Shown here: in pieces, positions 15,528 to 24,000 of the stretch
Layout of the letters: each line of letters opens with the position of its first letter
How positions within the stretch are numbered: position 1 is the stretch's first letter
NCBI GenBank assembly: GCA_023411815.1
Contig: JAEYOJ010000076.1
Location: 57,579-81,578 of the forward strand
Reading direction: 5' to 3'
From: Pseudomonadota bacterium
GTDB taxonomy: Bacteria; Desulfobacterota; Desulfovibrionia; Desulfovibrionales; Desulfovibrionaceae
DNA: 24,000 nt
Notes under the pieces: generated by a model
Databases searched by the model: none
Seen by the model: the letters and a program-made list of their open reading frames with translations, nothing else
What the model was told of the DNA's origin: nothing
Translations under genes and position numbers: made by a program

Positions 15528-15896
15528 ATGGCCCGCGACTTCGAATACGTCTTCGTCTACGGCACGCTGCGCCGCAGCTTCCAGAACCACCGCCTGCTGT
15601 CCCGCTCGGCCTGCCTGGGCGGGGCCAGCACTCGCGAGCGTTACGCCCTGTACGTGAGCGAGTATCCCTGCGTGGTCCGCGACCAGCCCGTGAGTCCCAT
15701 CGTCGGAGAGGTCTACAAGGTCGATCCGGCCACGCTCATGGTCCTGGACGCCCTGGAGGAACACCCGCAGGTCTACCGCCGGGAAAAGGTGCCGGTCGTG
15801 CTGGACGACGGCCGGGAGATCGAGGCCTGGCTCTATTTCCATCCCCGCCCGAGCGGCCGGCTCATCGCAAGCGGCGACTACGCTGGAGGCGGGTAG
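15528..15896 (+). CDS. Gamma-glutamylcyclotransferase-like (GGACT/AIG2-like) protein
   Basis: 122 aa. The N-terminal YVFVYGTLRR motif and overall size are typical of the family. Confidence 0.7.
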   Translation: MARDFEYVFVYGTLRRSFQNHRLLSRSACLGGASTRERYALYVSEYPCVVRDQPVSPIVGEVYKVDPATLMVLDALEEHPQVYRREKVPVVLDDGREIEAWLYFHPRPSGRLIASGDYAGGG

Positions 15897-16035
15897 CGTT
15901 CCCGCGGACCGCCGGAGCGGCCCGCGACCATGCCGGCCGGCCCGCGAACTTGCTTTTTCCCGCCAGTCGCGTACAAAAGCTCACCTTATGCCAGCTTGGC
16001 CATAACTAAAATTCCCTGACCGAGCCCCAGATAGA

Positions 16036-16731
16036 ATGGACTTCATCCTCGACGGCCTTTCCACCGCCCTGCGTCTGCTGGCCGGGCTGGACCCGGAAAC
16101 CTTCTCCGCCGTACGGGCCACGCTGGCCACGACCTTTATGGCCATCAGCGCGGCCCTGGCCCTGGGAATTCCGCTGGGCTTCTGCCTGGGATTCTTCGAT
16201 TTCCCGGGCAAACGCGCCGCGCGCGCCGTGGCCGACACAGCCCTGGCCCTGCCCACCGTGGTCATCGGCCTCATCGTCTTCGCCTTCCTGTCCCAGCGCG
16301 GCCCCCTGGGCCACCTGGAGCTCCTGTTCTCCATTCCCGGCATGGCCGTCGGCCTGGCCATCCTGGGCCTGCCCATCGTGATCACCATGACCGCCACGGC
16401 CGTGGAGGGCATCGACCGCAGGCTCACCGAAACCCTGCTGACCCTGGGCGCCGACCGCCGCCAACTGGCCATCGCCTCCCTGTGGGAGGCGCGTTTCCCG
16501 GTCATGCTCTCCACGCTCACGGCCTTCGGCCGCATAGTGTCCGAGGTGGGCATCGCCATGATGGTCGGCGGCAACATCAAGTGGCATACGCGCACCATCA
16601 CCACGGCCATCGCCATGGAGACGGGCAAAGGCGAGTTCGCCATGGGCATTGCCCTGGGCATCGTGCTCATGGCCATCGCCTTCCTGGTGACCCTCTCGGC
16701 CCACTGGATCAAGCGGAGGGCCGCGCCGTGA
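16036..16731 (+). CDS. ABC transporter permease, tungstate/oxyanion (TupB-like) type
   Basis: 231 aa with multiple TM segments. Binding-protein-dependent permease loop EGIDRRLTETLLTLGADRRQL. My recollection of TupB-like proteins suggests tungstate; substrate is not proven. Confidence 0.75.
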   Translation: MDFILDGLSTALRLLAGLDPETFSAVRATLATTFMAISAALALGIPLGFCLGFFDFPGKRAARAVADTALALPTVVIGLIVFAFLSQRGPLGHLELLFSIPGMAVGLAILGLPIVITMTATAVEGIDRRLTETLLTLGADRRQLAIASLWEARFPVMLSTLTAFGRIVSEVGIAMMVGGNIKWHTRTITTAIAMETGKGEFAMGIALGIVLMAIAFLVTLSAHWIKRRAAP

Positions 16732-17381
16732 GCATCCCGCTGTTCGAGGCCCGCGACCTGAGCTTCCGCTATCCCGGCCGGCCGGAAGTGCTCCTGCCGG
16801 GCCTGCGCGTGGCCGCCGGCGACATCCTCGGCCTGGCTGGTCCCAACGGCACGGGCAAGAGCACGCTCCTGCGCATCCTGGCCTTCCTGTACCCTCCGGC
16901 CGCTGGCGAACTGCTTTTCGACGGCCAGCCCGTGACCGGCGAGGCCCAGCGCGCCCGCCTGCGCCGCCAGGTGACTCTGCTGCCGCAGGAGCCCAGGCTC
17001 CTGTCGCGCTCCGTGTGGCACAACGTGACCTACGGCCTGCGCGTGCGCGGCGACAAGCGGCTTCTGGACGAGCGCGCGGCCGAGGCCCTGGGCATGGTTG
17101 GCCTGGATCCGGCGCGCTTCCTGTCCCGCTCCTGGCGGCAGCTCTCGGGCGGCGAGGCCCAGCGCGTGGCCCTGGCCGCGCGTCTCGTCCTGCGGCCGCG
17201 CGCGCTCATCCTGGACGAGCCCACGGCCAGCCTGGACGCGGCCTCGGCCGAACGCATCCGCCAGGCCGCCCTGGCCGCGCGAGAGGAGCAGGGCACCACG
17301 CTCATCATCGCCAGCCACGACCTGCGCTGGCTCGACACCGTATCCGACCACGTATTGCGCATGGGGGATAATCCCGCGTAA
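16728..17381 (+). CDS. ABC transporter ATP-binding protein (TupC-like)
   Basis: GTG start at 16728 overlapping the permease TGA (GTGA). Walker A GPNGTGKST, signature LSGGEAQRVALA, Walker B LILDEPT. The track's longer N-terminal extension overlaps the permease and is rejected. Confidence 0.85.
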   Translation: MSIPLFEARDLSFRYPGRPEVLLPGLRVAAGDILGLAGPNGTGKSTLLRILAFLYPPAAGELLFDGQPVTGEAQRARLRRQVTLLPQEPRLLSRSVWHNVTYGLRVRGDKRLLDERAAEALGMVGLDPARFLSRSWRQLSGGEAQRVALAARLVLRPRALILDEPTASLDAASAERIRQAALAAREEQGTTLIIASHDLRWLDTVSDHVLRMGDNPA

Positions 17382-17405
17382 GCAATGGTCGCGGAGGAGC
17401 TGCCC

Positions 17406-18107
17406 ATGAAAGCCGTCGGCATCATCGGCTACAAGAAAACCGGCAAGACCACTCTGGCCGTAAGCCTGGCCAGCGAGCTGACCTCGCGCGGCCTGCGCGT
17501 GGCCGCGGCCAAGTTCACGCACCATGCCTTCGACCGCGCCGACACGGACACGGCCAAGCTGGCCGAGGTCTGCTCCGCGGTCATGGGCCTGTCCGAGAAT
17601 CAGACGCAAATGGTTTGGAACGACAAGCGCCATCTGCCGGACCTGCTGCCTCTGGTGAGCGCGGACGTGCTCATCGTGGAGGGCGGCAAGTCGCTGGGGT
17701 GGCTGCCGCGCGTGCTGCTGCTGCGCTCGGCCGGCGAAGCCGACGAGCTGGGCCGCGACCTGGCCCTGGCCACCTACGGCGGCGTCGGCGCGGCCGGGCT
17801 GCACTCCGTGTCCGCCGTGTCCGAACTGGCCGACATCGTCCTGGCCAAGGGCTTCGCCTTGCCCGGCCTGGACTGCGGGGCCTGCGGCCTGGAGAGCTGT
17901 CGGGCCCTGGCCGAACGCATGGCCGCCGGCACGGCCGACGACCTGCGCTGCAAGGCCTCGCACGGCGGCCTGCGCATCAGCGTGGGCGGAACGACCCTGG
18001 CCATGAACCCCTTCGTGGCCTCCATCGTGCGCGGCTCCATCATGGGCATGCTCGGCCAGCTCAAGGGCTACGCGCCGGGCGTGAGCGTGCGCATTGACAT
18101 GGACTAA
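17406..18107 (+). CDS. MobB-like P-loop protein with a C-terminal Cys-motif domain
   Basis: ATG at 17406 preceded by GGAGGAG (preferred over ATG 17385). MKAVGIIGYKKTGKTTL resembles the MobB P-loop. The C-terminal part has a CGACGLESC...C motif suggestive of an Fe-S ligand set. Confidence 0.65.
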   Translation: MKAVGIIGYKKTGKTTLAVSLASELTSRGLRVAAAKFTHHAFDRADTDTAKLAEVCSAVMGLSENQTQMVWNDKRHLPDLLPLVSADVLIVEGGKSLGWLPRVLLLRSAGEADELGRDLALATYGGVGAAGLHSVSAVSELADIVLAKGFALPGLDCGACGLESCRALAERMAAGTADDLRCKASHGGLRISVGGTTLAMNPFVASIVRGSIMGMLGQLKGYAPGVSVRIDMD

Positions 18108-18110
18108 GAG

Positions 18111-18284
18111 CTGGGAGAGGGGCGCCGCCCCTCTCCCAGACCCTCACCCTGCCAGGGGGATGATCCCCCTGGATCCCGCATTTTTTGTAAATTGAACCCC
18201 GAGCCGCGCGCGAACGAATTGCGCGGGTCCAGGGCCGCGTCGGCCCTGGTGGGATGGGTCCGGGAAGGGCAACGCCCTTCCCGG
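18111..18284. repeat. Inverted pair of REP-like two-hairpin elements between convergent genes
   Basis: Copy D at 18111-18180 (ctgggagagggg-cgccg-cccctctcccag ... ccaggggga-tga-tccccctgg-atcccgca, then TTTTTT). Copy E at 18221-18284 has the same architecture in reverse complement. Confidence 0.6.
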
Positions 18285-18300
18285 TTCTCTGTGCTCCGCC

Positions 18301-19701
18301 CTATCCCAGCCAGCGCATCAAGGCCTTGCGCAGGCCCGTGAGCTTGGGCCTGGGCGGGTAGCGGAACTTCCAATCCGGCCGGAAGCCGCGGCGCATGATG
18401 CTGCGCTGGTAGCCGAAGGCGTCGAAGCCGGCCTGGCCGTGGTAGCGGCCCATGCCCGACTCGCCCACGCCGCCGAAGGGCAGGGTGTGCGGCACGAGAT
18501 GCAGGGCCGTATCGTTGATGCACACGCCGCCCGAGGTCGTGTCGCGCAGCACGCGGGCCACGGACTCGTCGTTCTCCGTGAACAGGTACAGGGCCAGGGG
18601 CTTGGGTCTGGCGTTGACGAAGGCGATGGCCGAGGCCAGGCTCTCCACCGTGAGTACGGGCAGAATGGGCCCGAAGATCTCCTCCTTCATGAGCGGGTCG
18701 TCCGCGTGCACGTCCGTGTATATGGCCGGGGCCATGTACAGCTCGCCGGAATGGTTGTCGCCGCCGAACAGCCTGCGTCCGCGCGTGGCCGCCTGCAGGT
18801 TCGTCAGGCGCTGGAAGTGGTCCTGGTTGACGATGCGCCCCAGGGCCTTGCTGCGACTCGGGTCCGTGCCGAAGAATTCCGTCACGGCCCGCACCAGCGC
18901 GGCTTCCAGCTCCGTCTTCACGCCCGCGTGGACCAGCACGTAGTCGGGCGCCACGCAGGTCTGGCCCGCGTTGAGGAGCTTGCCCCAGACGATGCGCCGG
19001 GCCGCCGTGACGATGTGCTCGTCGGACATGCTCCTGCCCACGATGCACGGGCTCTTGCCGCCCAGCTCCAGCACCACGGGCGTGAGCGTCCGGGCCGCCG
19101 CGGCCAAGACCTTGCGGCCCACGCGGGCCGAGCCGGTATAGAAGATGAAGTCGAAGCCGAGGTCCAGGAGCAGCTCGGCCGTGTGCGCGCCGCCCTCGAT
19201 GCAGAACACGTGCTCGGGCAGGAAGGTCTCGGTGACGATGCGCGCGATCTCGCGCGATGTGTGCGGGGCCTTGCTGGAAGGCTTGAGCATGACGCAGTTG
19301 CCCGCGGCCAGGGCGCTGACCAGCGGGGTAAGGGCCAGCCCCAGGGGATAGTTCCAGGGCGACAGAATGAGGCATGCGCCGTAGGGCTCGCTGCGCACGT
19401 AGCCGCGCGAGGGCTGAAACAGGAGCGGCACGGGCACGCTGCCCGGCCGCATCCACTGCCGCAAACGGCTCCGGGCGTAGCGGGCCTCCGAGAGCACCGC
19501 GCCGACCTCGGTCACCCAGGCCTCGTCCTCGGGTTTGCCGAGGTCGTCGGCCAAGGCCTTGAGCAGGGCGCTCTCGTTGGATTTCACGGCCAGGGACAGC
19601 CGCCGCAGGGAGTCGCGGCGGAAGGCGTATGGCTTGGTGTTGCCTTCGTCGAAGAAGCGTTTCTGGGCCAGGAAGAGGGCGCGCAGCTCCTGCTCGGTCA
19701 T
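18301..19701 (-). CDS. NAD(P)-dependent aldehyde dehydrogenase (class-3 / coniferyl-aldehyde-DH-like)
   Basis: I call the ATG at 19701 (MTEQELRALF...). Motifs: WNYPL, LELGGKSP, and catalytic Cys in NAGQTCVAPDY, plus EEIFGPILP. Confidence 0.9.
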   Translation of the reverse strand: MTEQELRALFLAQKRFFDEGNTKPYAFRRDSLRRLSLAVKSNESALLKALADDLGKPEDEAWVTEVGAVLSEARYARSRLRQWMRPGSVPVPLLFQPSRGYVRSEPYGACLILSPWNYPLGLALTPLVSALAAGNCVMLKPSSKAPHTSREIARIVTETFLPEHVFCIEGGAHTAELLLDLGFDFIFYTGSARVGRKVLAAAARTLTPVVLELGGKSPCIVGRSMSDEHIVTAARRIVWGKLLNAGQTCVAPDYVLVHAGVKTELEAALVRAVTEFFGTDPSRSKALGRIVNQDHFQRLTNLQAATRGRRLFGGDNHSGELYMAPAIYTDVHADDPLMKEEIFGPILPVLTVESLASAIAFVNARPKPLALYLFTENDESVARVLRDTTSGGVCINDTALHLVPHTLPFGGVGESGMGRYHGQAGFDAFGYQRSIMRRGFRPDWKFRYPPRPKLTGLRKALMRWLG

Positions 19702-19898
19702 GGACGGTCTCCTGCTCTGGTTGCGGTGCCGGACCTCAACTTTCCTTGGTGACACCCCAAGGCCCGGGGGTCAAGCCGCGCGGAGGCGTCGGCGAAGCTC
19801 CGGGAAATACTTGACAGGTCGGTCCCGGCGTGGGATTTGCCATTTTTCCACGAAATCCCTGCTCCGCGCCCACGCCGTGAGCGACACGAGGACGAGCC

Positions 19899-20393
19899 GT
19901 GTCCAGCAAGGACCGTTACAAGAAAAACTACCCCGTATCCTGGGATCAGCTGCACCGCGACAGCCGGGCCCTGGCCTGGAAGCTCGTGGACGTGCGCCCG
20001 TCCTGGGAAGGCATCATCGCCATCACCCGCGGCGGCCTGTTCCCGGCCGCGGTCATCGCCCGCGAGCTGGACATCCGGCGCATCGACACCGTTTCGGTGG
20101 TCAGTTACGACTGGAAGACGCAGGGCAAGCCGCGCATCGTCAAGCCCCTGGCCGAGAACACGGACGGCGAGGGCTGGCTGCTGGTGGACGACATGGTGGA
20201 CACGGGCAAGACCGCCAGGTTCATCCGCGAGCTGCTGCCCAAGGCGCACTTCGCCACGGTCTACGCCAAGCCCGAGGGCAAGCCCCTGGTGGACACGTTC
20301 ATCACCGAGGTCAGCCAGGACACCTGGATCCTCCAGCCCTGGGACTCCGAGGTTCAGTTCGTCGAGCCCATTGTCGGGCAGCGCTCGACATAA
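19899..20393 (+). CDS. gpt: Xanthine-guanine phosphoribosyltransferase
   Basis: 164 aa with a GTG start. Collinear with E. coli Gpt as I recall it (VSWDQL...[21 protein letters not shown]...SY...; [13 protein letters not shown]; [18 protein letters not shown]; QDTWI.QPWD). Confidence 0.9.
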   Translation: MSSKDRYKKNYPVSWDQLHRDSRALAWKLVDVRPSWEGIIAITRGGLFPAAVIARELDIRRIDTVSVVSYDWKTQGKPRIVKPLAENTDGEGWLLVDDMVDTGKTARFIRELLPKAHFATVYAKPEGKPLVDTFITEVSQDTWILQPWDSEVQFVEPIVGQRST

Positions 20394-20436
20394 GCCATAC
20401 ATGCGCTATCACGGAAAGGTGACAAGGAGAGGGGAC

Positions 20437-21564
20437 ATGAAACGCATTCTCACGCTGCTGTTCGCGCTGTTCTGCCTCGGCGCGCTCGCCGCCTGCGGCG
20501 ATTCCAAGAAGGAAGAGGCCAAGCCGGAAGGCGCCCAGGCGCCGGCCGGTGAAACCGCCCAGGCTCCCGCCGGCGACCTGCTGGTGGGCTTCGTGTACGT
20601 GTCGCCCGTGGGCGACGCCGGCTACTCCTACGCCCATGACCAGGGCCGCAAGGTCGTGGAGGAGATGGACGGCGTGACCACCATGTACCAGGAAGCCGTG
20701 CCCGAGGGTCCGGACTCCGAGCGCGTCATCTTCAACATGGCTCGCAAGGGCGCCAAGCTCATCTTCACCACGAGCTACGGCTACATGGACCCGACCATCC
20801 GCGTGGCCAAGGAGTTCCCCGAGACGCTCTTCATGCACTGCTCGGGCTTCAAGACCGCCGACAACGCCGGCAACTACTTCGGCCGCATGTACCAGGCCCG
20901 CTACCTCACGGGCATGGTCGCCGGCGCCATGACCAAGAAGAACATCATCGGCTACGTGGCCGCCTTCCCCATCCCCGAGGTCATCCGCGGCGCCAACGCC
21001 TTCACCCTGGGCGTGCGCGCGGTGAATCCCCAGGCCCAGGTGCGCGTGGTCTGGACCAAGACCTGGTACGACCCGACCACCGAGAAGGAAGCCGCCAAGA
21101 GCCTGCTCGACGTGGGCGCGGACGTCATCGCCCAGCACCAGGACTCCCCCGGCCCGCAGGAGGCCGCCCAGGAGCGCGGCGCGTACTCCATCGGCTACAA
21201 CTCCGACATGAGCCAGTTCGCGCCCAAGTCCCACCTGACCGCCGCCGTCTGGAACTGGGGCGTGTTCTACAAGGACCAGGTTGAGAAGGTGCTGAACGGC
21301 ACCTGGAAGCCCGAGGTCGCCTGGTGGGGCATGGAGACCGGCATCGTTGACATCGCTCCCTTCGGCCCCATGGTGCCCGAAGAGATCAAGGCCAAGGTCG
21401 AGGACGCCAAGCGGAAGATCGTCGCCAAGGAGCTGGTGGTCTTCGCCGGTCCGGTCAAGAACCAGAAGGGCGAGGTGGTCGTTCCCGAAGGCCAGACCGC
21501 CACGGACGAGCAGCTGCTCGGCATGAACTGGTTCGTCGAAGGCGTTGTCGGCAGCACCGAGTAA
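20437..21564 (+). CDS. BMP-family ABC transporter substrate-binding lipoprotein (nucleoside-type)
   Basis: ATG at 20437 with an AAGGAGAGGGG RBS. Lipobox LGALAAC. The mature part matches the BMP/PnrA-like pattern (GFVYVSPVGDAGYSYAHD..., GYVAAFPIPEVIRGANAF). Confidence 0.9.
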   Translation: MKRILTLLFALFCLGALAACGDSKKEEAKPEGAQAPAGETAQAPAGDLLVGFVYVSPVGDAGYSYAHDQGRKVVEEMDGVTTMYQEAVPEGPDSERVIFNMARKGAKLIFTTSYGYMDPTIRVAKEFPETLFMHCSGFKTADNAGNYFGRMYQARYLTGMVAGAMTKKNIIGYVAAFPIPEVIRGANAFTLGVRAVNPQAQVRVVWTKTWYDPTTEKEAAKSLLDVGADVIAQHQDSPGPQEAAQERGAYSIGYNSDMSQFAPKSHLTAAVWNWGVFYKDQVEKVLNGTWKPEVAWWGMETGIVDIAPFGPMVPEEIKAKVEDAKRKIVAKELVVFAGPVKNQKGEVVVPEGQTATDEQLLGMNWFVEGVVGSTE

Positions 21565-21591
21565 CCTGTCGCGACGAGATGTGATCAAGAA

Positions 21592-22647
21592 ATGCGCCTT
21601 ACGGTGACAAAACGGCAGGAGCCCTGGAAGTGGGGCTCCTGCCTTATTTTTCCGGCCGCCCTGGCCCTGGCCCTGGGCTTGTCCGCGCTGCTGCTCGCCC
21701 TGCATGGCAAGCCGCCGGTCGAAGGCATGCGCCTGCTGTTCGACGGGGCCTTCGGCTCCGCGCATTCACTGGAAGACACCCTGCGCAAGGCCGTGCCCCT
21801 GTTCCTGGTCTCGCTCGGCGTGGCCGTGACCTTCCGCATGCAGGTCTGGAACATCGGGGCCGAGGGCCAGTACGCCCTGGGCTGCATCGGCGCGACCTGG
21901 GCCGTGCTGACCTTCCCCGGCCTGCCCATGCCGCTCATGCTCCTGCTCATGCTCCTGTCCGCTGCCGCGGCGGGCGCCGCGTGGGCGCTGATGCCCGCCC
22001 TGCTCAAGACCAGGCTCGGCATGAACGAGATCATCTCCTCGCTCATGCTCAACTACATCGGCATCCTGTTCCTGGAGTACCTGGTCTACGGCCCCTGGAA
22101 GGACCCGGCCAGCTTCGGCTTCCCCATGACAGTCGAGTTCCCGGCCGCCGCGACCATCCCGCGCTTCCCCGGCTCGCGCCTGCACTGGGGCCTGGCCCTG
22201 TGCGCCGTGTTCGCCGTGCTCATCTGGGTGCTCTTCCGCCACACGCGCATCGGCTACGAGCTGCGCGCCAGCGGCTCGGGCGCTCGCGCCTCGCGCTACG
22301 CGCGCATGGACTACAATTTCCTGGTCGTGCTCTCCATGCTCATCTGCGGCGCCCTGGCCGGCATCGCGGGCTTCGTGGAGATCTCGGCCGTGGTGGGACG
22401 CCTGCAGCCCAGCGTCATGGTCGGCTACGGCTTCACGGCCATCGTCGTGGCCTGGCTGGCCAGGCTGCACCCGCTGGTCATCGCCCTGGTCAGCGTGCTG
22501 CTGGCCGGCCTGCGCGTGGGCGTGGAAAACCTCATGCTCGACCTGCAGGTGCCCGCGGCCTTCGGCGGCATCATCGAGGGCCTCGTCCTGCTATCGGTCC
22601 TGGCCGGCCAGTTCTTCCTGATCTACAGGATCAAGCGGATAGAATAG
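21592..22647 (+). CDS. ABC transporter permease (BMP/nucleoside system, first permease)
   Basis: 351 aa, polytopic. WNIGAEGQ motif typical of this permease family. Confidence 0.85.
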   Translation: MRLTVTKRQEPWKWGSCLIFPAALALALGLSALLLALHGKPPVEGMRLLFDGAFGSAHSLEDTLRKAVPLFLVSLGVAVTFRMQVWNIGAEGQYALGCIGATWAVLTFPGLPMPLMLLLMLLSAAAAGAAWALMPALLKTRLGMNEIISSLMLNYIGILFLEYLVYGPWKDPASFGFPMTVEFPAAATIPRFPGSRLHWGLALCAVFAVLIWVLFRHTRIGYELRASGSGARASRYARMDYNFLVVLSMLICGALAGIAGFVEISAVVGRLQPSVMVGYGFTAIVVAWLARLHPLVIALVSVLLAGLRVGVENLMLDLQVPAAFGGIIEGLVLLSVLAGQFFLIYRIKRIE

Positions 22648-22724
22648 CAGGCGAAGAGAATCGGGTGGCTCTGCCTCCGCCCCTCTCCGGGGACGCGACG
22701 GCGCCCCCGGACCCCCCGGTGGGC

Positions 22725-22768
22725 GGCAAAGCGCGAGGCGGCGCAAAGCCGCCGCCTCGCGCTTTGCC
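22725..22768. repeat. Perfect 19-bp stem hairpin in a GC-rich repeat-like spacer
   Basis: ggcaaagcgcgaggcggcg-caaagc-cgccgcctcgcgctttgcc. It is preceded by a REP-like segment (ccctctccggggacgcgacggcgcccccgg). No T-tract follows. Confidence 0.5.
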
Positions 22769-22828
22769 GCAGGGCATGGTAACTTTACTTTTCGGTTGCC
22801 GACTCTAGCTTGGAGAACGAGGACAGCC

Positions 22829-23572
22829 ATGACCGTGGAAGGCGACGAGGACATAGAAGGGCTCAAGGCCATCGGCCGCATCGTGGACGAGATCCTGGGA
22901 CTTTTGTGCGCCGAGGTGCGCGCGGGAGTGACCACGGCCGAACTGGACGCCAAGGCCGGGCAGTGGCTCGCCGAGCGCGGGGCGCGGCCCACGCCCAAGC
23001 AGGTCTACGACTTTCCCGGCAACCTGTGCATCAGCGTCAACGACGAGGTGGTGCACGGCATCCCGTCCGAACGGGCGCTCCGGTCCGGCGATCTGGTCAA
23101 GCTGGACCTGACCGCGGACAAGGACGGCTATGTGGCCGACGCCACGCGCATGGCTTCCGTGGGGCCCATGGACAAACGTGTGTTGAAGCTGGCCCGCTGC
23201 GCCGAGGCGGCCTTGATCAAGGGGTTGGAGCAGGCCCGCGCGGGCAAACGGCTGCGCGACATCGGCCGGGCCGTGGAGGCCGAGGTGCGCCGCCGGGGCT
23301 TCGCCATCATACCGCCGCTTCAGGGCCACGGCGTGGGGCGCACCGTGCACGAGTTGCCCAATGTGCCCAACTACGACGACCCGAGCGCGACCCAGGAGCT
23401 GCACGAAGGCCTGATCATCACCCTTGAGCCCATCATCAGCATGGGCAAGCCGGATATCCGGCAACTCTCGGATGGCTGGACCCTCAAGACGTGCGACGGC
23501 TCGTACTCGGCGCACTACGAACAGACGATCATGGTCACCAAGGGCGCTCCCCTGGTGCTCACGGCGCAGTAG
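22829..23572 (+). CDS. map: Type I methionine aminopeptidase
   Basis: ATG at 22829 with a GGAGAACGAGGA RBS. NLCISVNDEVVHGIP, DLVKLDLTADKDGYVADA, GHGVGRTVHE, LIITLEPI, AHYEQTIMVT (metal-ligand pattern D, D, H, E, E). Confidence 0.9.
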   Translation: MTVEGDEDIEGLKAIGRIVDEILGLLCAEVRAGVTTAELDAKAGQWLAERGARPTPKQVYDFPGNLCISVNDEVVHGIPSERALRSGDLVKLDLTADKDGYVADATRMASVGPMDKRVLKLARCAEAALIKGLEQARAGKRLRDIGRAVEAEVRRRGFAIIPPLQGHGVGRTVHELPNVPNYDDPSATQELHEGLIITLEPIISMGKPDIRQLSDGWTLKTCDGSYSAHYEQTIMVTKGAPLVLTAQ

Positions 23573-23679
23573 GCGCGCAGGCCAGGGCATGACGCCTCTG
23601 TCCGCCAGCGGCCGCACACTTCGCGCCACGCGGCTCTCCGGCCGCGAAACTGAAATGTTTTTGAGGAAAGGTTGGGGGT

Positions 23680-23727
23680 CCGGGGGAAGGGAAACCCCTT
23701 TTGCAAAATGGGTTTCCCTTCCCCCGG
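23680..23727 (+). terminator. Long hairpin after map (REP hairpin-1 type; possible terminator)
   Basis: ccgggggaagggaaaccc-cttttgcaaaat-gggtttcccttcccccgg, a perfect 18-bp stem. No clear T-tract follows. Confidence 0.45.
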
Positions 23728-23746
23728 CCGCCGGAGGCATCATCCC

Positions 23747-24000
23747 ATGTCCATAGATCTTATTCTTCCCCTTCTCGCGGCGGCGGTGCAATCGGGCACG
23801 CCGATCCTGTACGCCACGCTGGGCGAGATGTTCACCGAGCGTTCGGGGGTGCTCAACCTGGGCGTCGAGGGCATGATGATCGTCGGCGCGCTGTTCGCCT
23901 TCATCACGGCCAAGCTCACGGGCTCGCCATGGCTGGCCTTCATGGTCGGCGGGCTGGCGGGCATGATCTTCAGCTCGCTGCACGGCCTGGTCTGCCTGGT
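23747..24000 (+). CDS. ABC transporter permease (BMP/nucleoside system, second permease), 5' part
   Basis: ATG at 23747; the frame stays open to the window end. My own translation is MSIDLILPLLAAAVQSGTPILYATLGEMFTERSGVLNLGVEGMMIVGALFAF..., typical of the second permease of this family. Confidence 0.8.
   Translation, partial: MSIDLILPLLAAAVQSGTPILYATLGEMFTERSGVLNLGVEGMMIVGALFAFITAKLTGSPWLAFMVGGLAGMIFSSLHGLVCL

Noticed and set aside
15897-16035. Possible Moco/tungsten-cofactor riboswitch upstream of the TupB-like permease.
   Set aside because: I could not recognise the conserved riboswitch core by eye; only a short 'ccgagcc' string is present. It needs an Rfam covariance-model scan, so it is not reported as a feature.
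19811-19839. TTGACA -35-like hexamer upstream of gpt.
   Set aside because: The sequence 17 nt downstream (GATTTG) is a poor -10 element, so I have no confidence in a promoter call.
19837-20436. Upstream part of track ORF 19837-21564 (575 aa), overlapping gpt in another frame.
   Set aside because: It is an out-of-frame shadow over gpt. The BMP lipoprotein has its own RBS, ATG (20437) and lipobox.

Overview
High-GC bacterial chromosomal segment (roughly 60-65% GC by eye). The gene content and GC-rich two-hairpin intergenic repeats resemble Desulfovibrio-type Deltaproteobacteria, but that is inference only. All calls come from reading the ORF track and the DNA; no database search was possible. 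Layout: (1) 1-2040, core genes: cupin-domain regulator fragment and an AMP-forming acyl-CoA synthetase. (2) About 2040-8880, an accessory island on the minus strand. It holds an orphan phage terS-terL pair with no portal or capsid genes after it. Two stacked three-gene cassettes follow terL, each made of a leaderless effector candidate, a signal-peptide protein and a shared 'domain-X' protein. The cassettes are separated by a displaced ~209-bp copy of the terL 3' end. The cassette cores have lower GC than their flanks. One effector is a signal-less LysM-M23 peptidoglycan peptidase. This island is the most unusual part of the window. (3) 8891-15420, a tightly coupled seven-gene stressosome-type operon: RsbR/RsbS/RsbT homologues, an ATPase-PP2C phosphatase, then a histidine kinase, a receiver and a hybrid kinase instead of sigma-factor partner-switching components. 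(4) 15.5-24 kb, housekeeping genes: GGACT-like protein, tungstate-type ABC permease and ATPase, MobB-like protein, aldehyde dehydrogenase, gpt, and a BMP-family nucleoside-type ABC transporter whose two permease genes are split by map. A two-hairpin REP-like element recurs through the window, including an inverted pair lying in frame inside terS. The many long antisense ORFs in the track are high-GC shadow ORFs and were not called. No rRNA, tRNA, CRISPR array, integrase or transposase could be supported.
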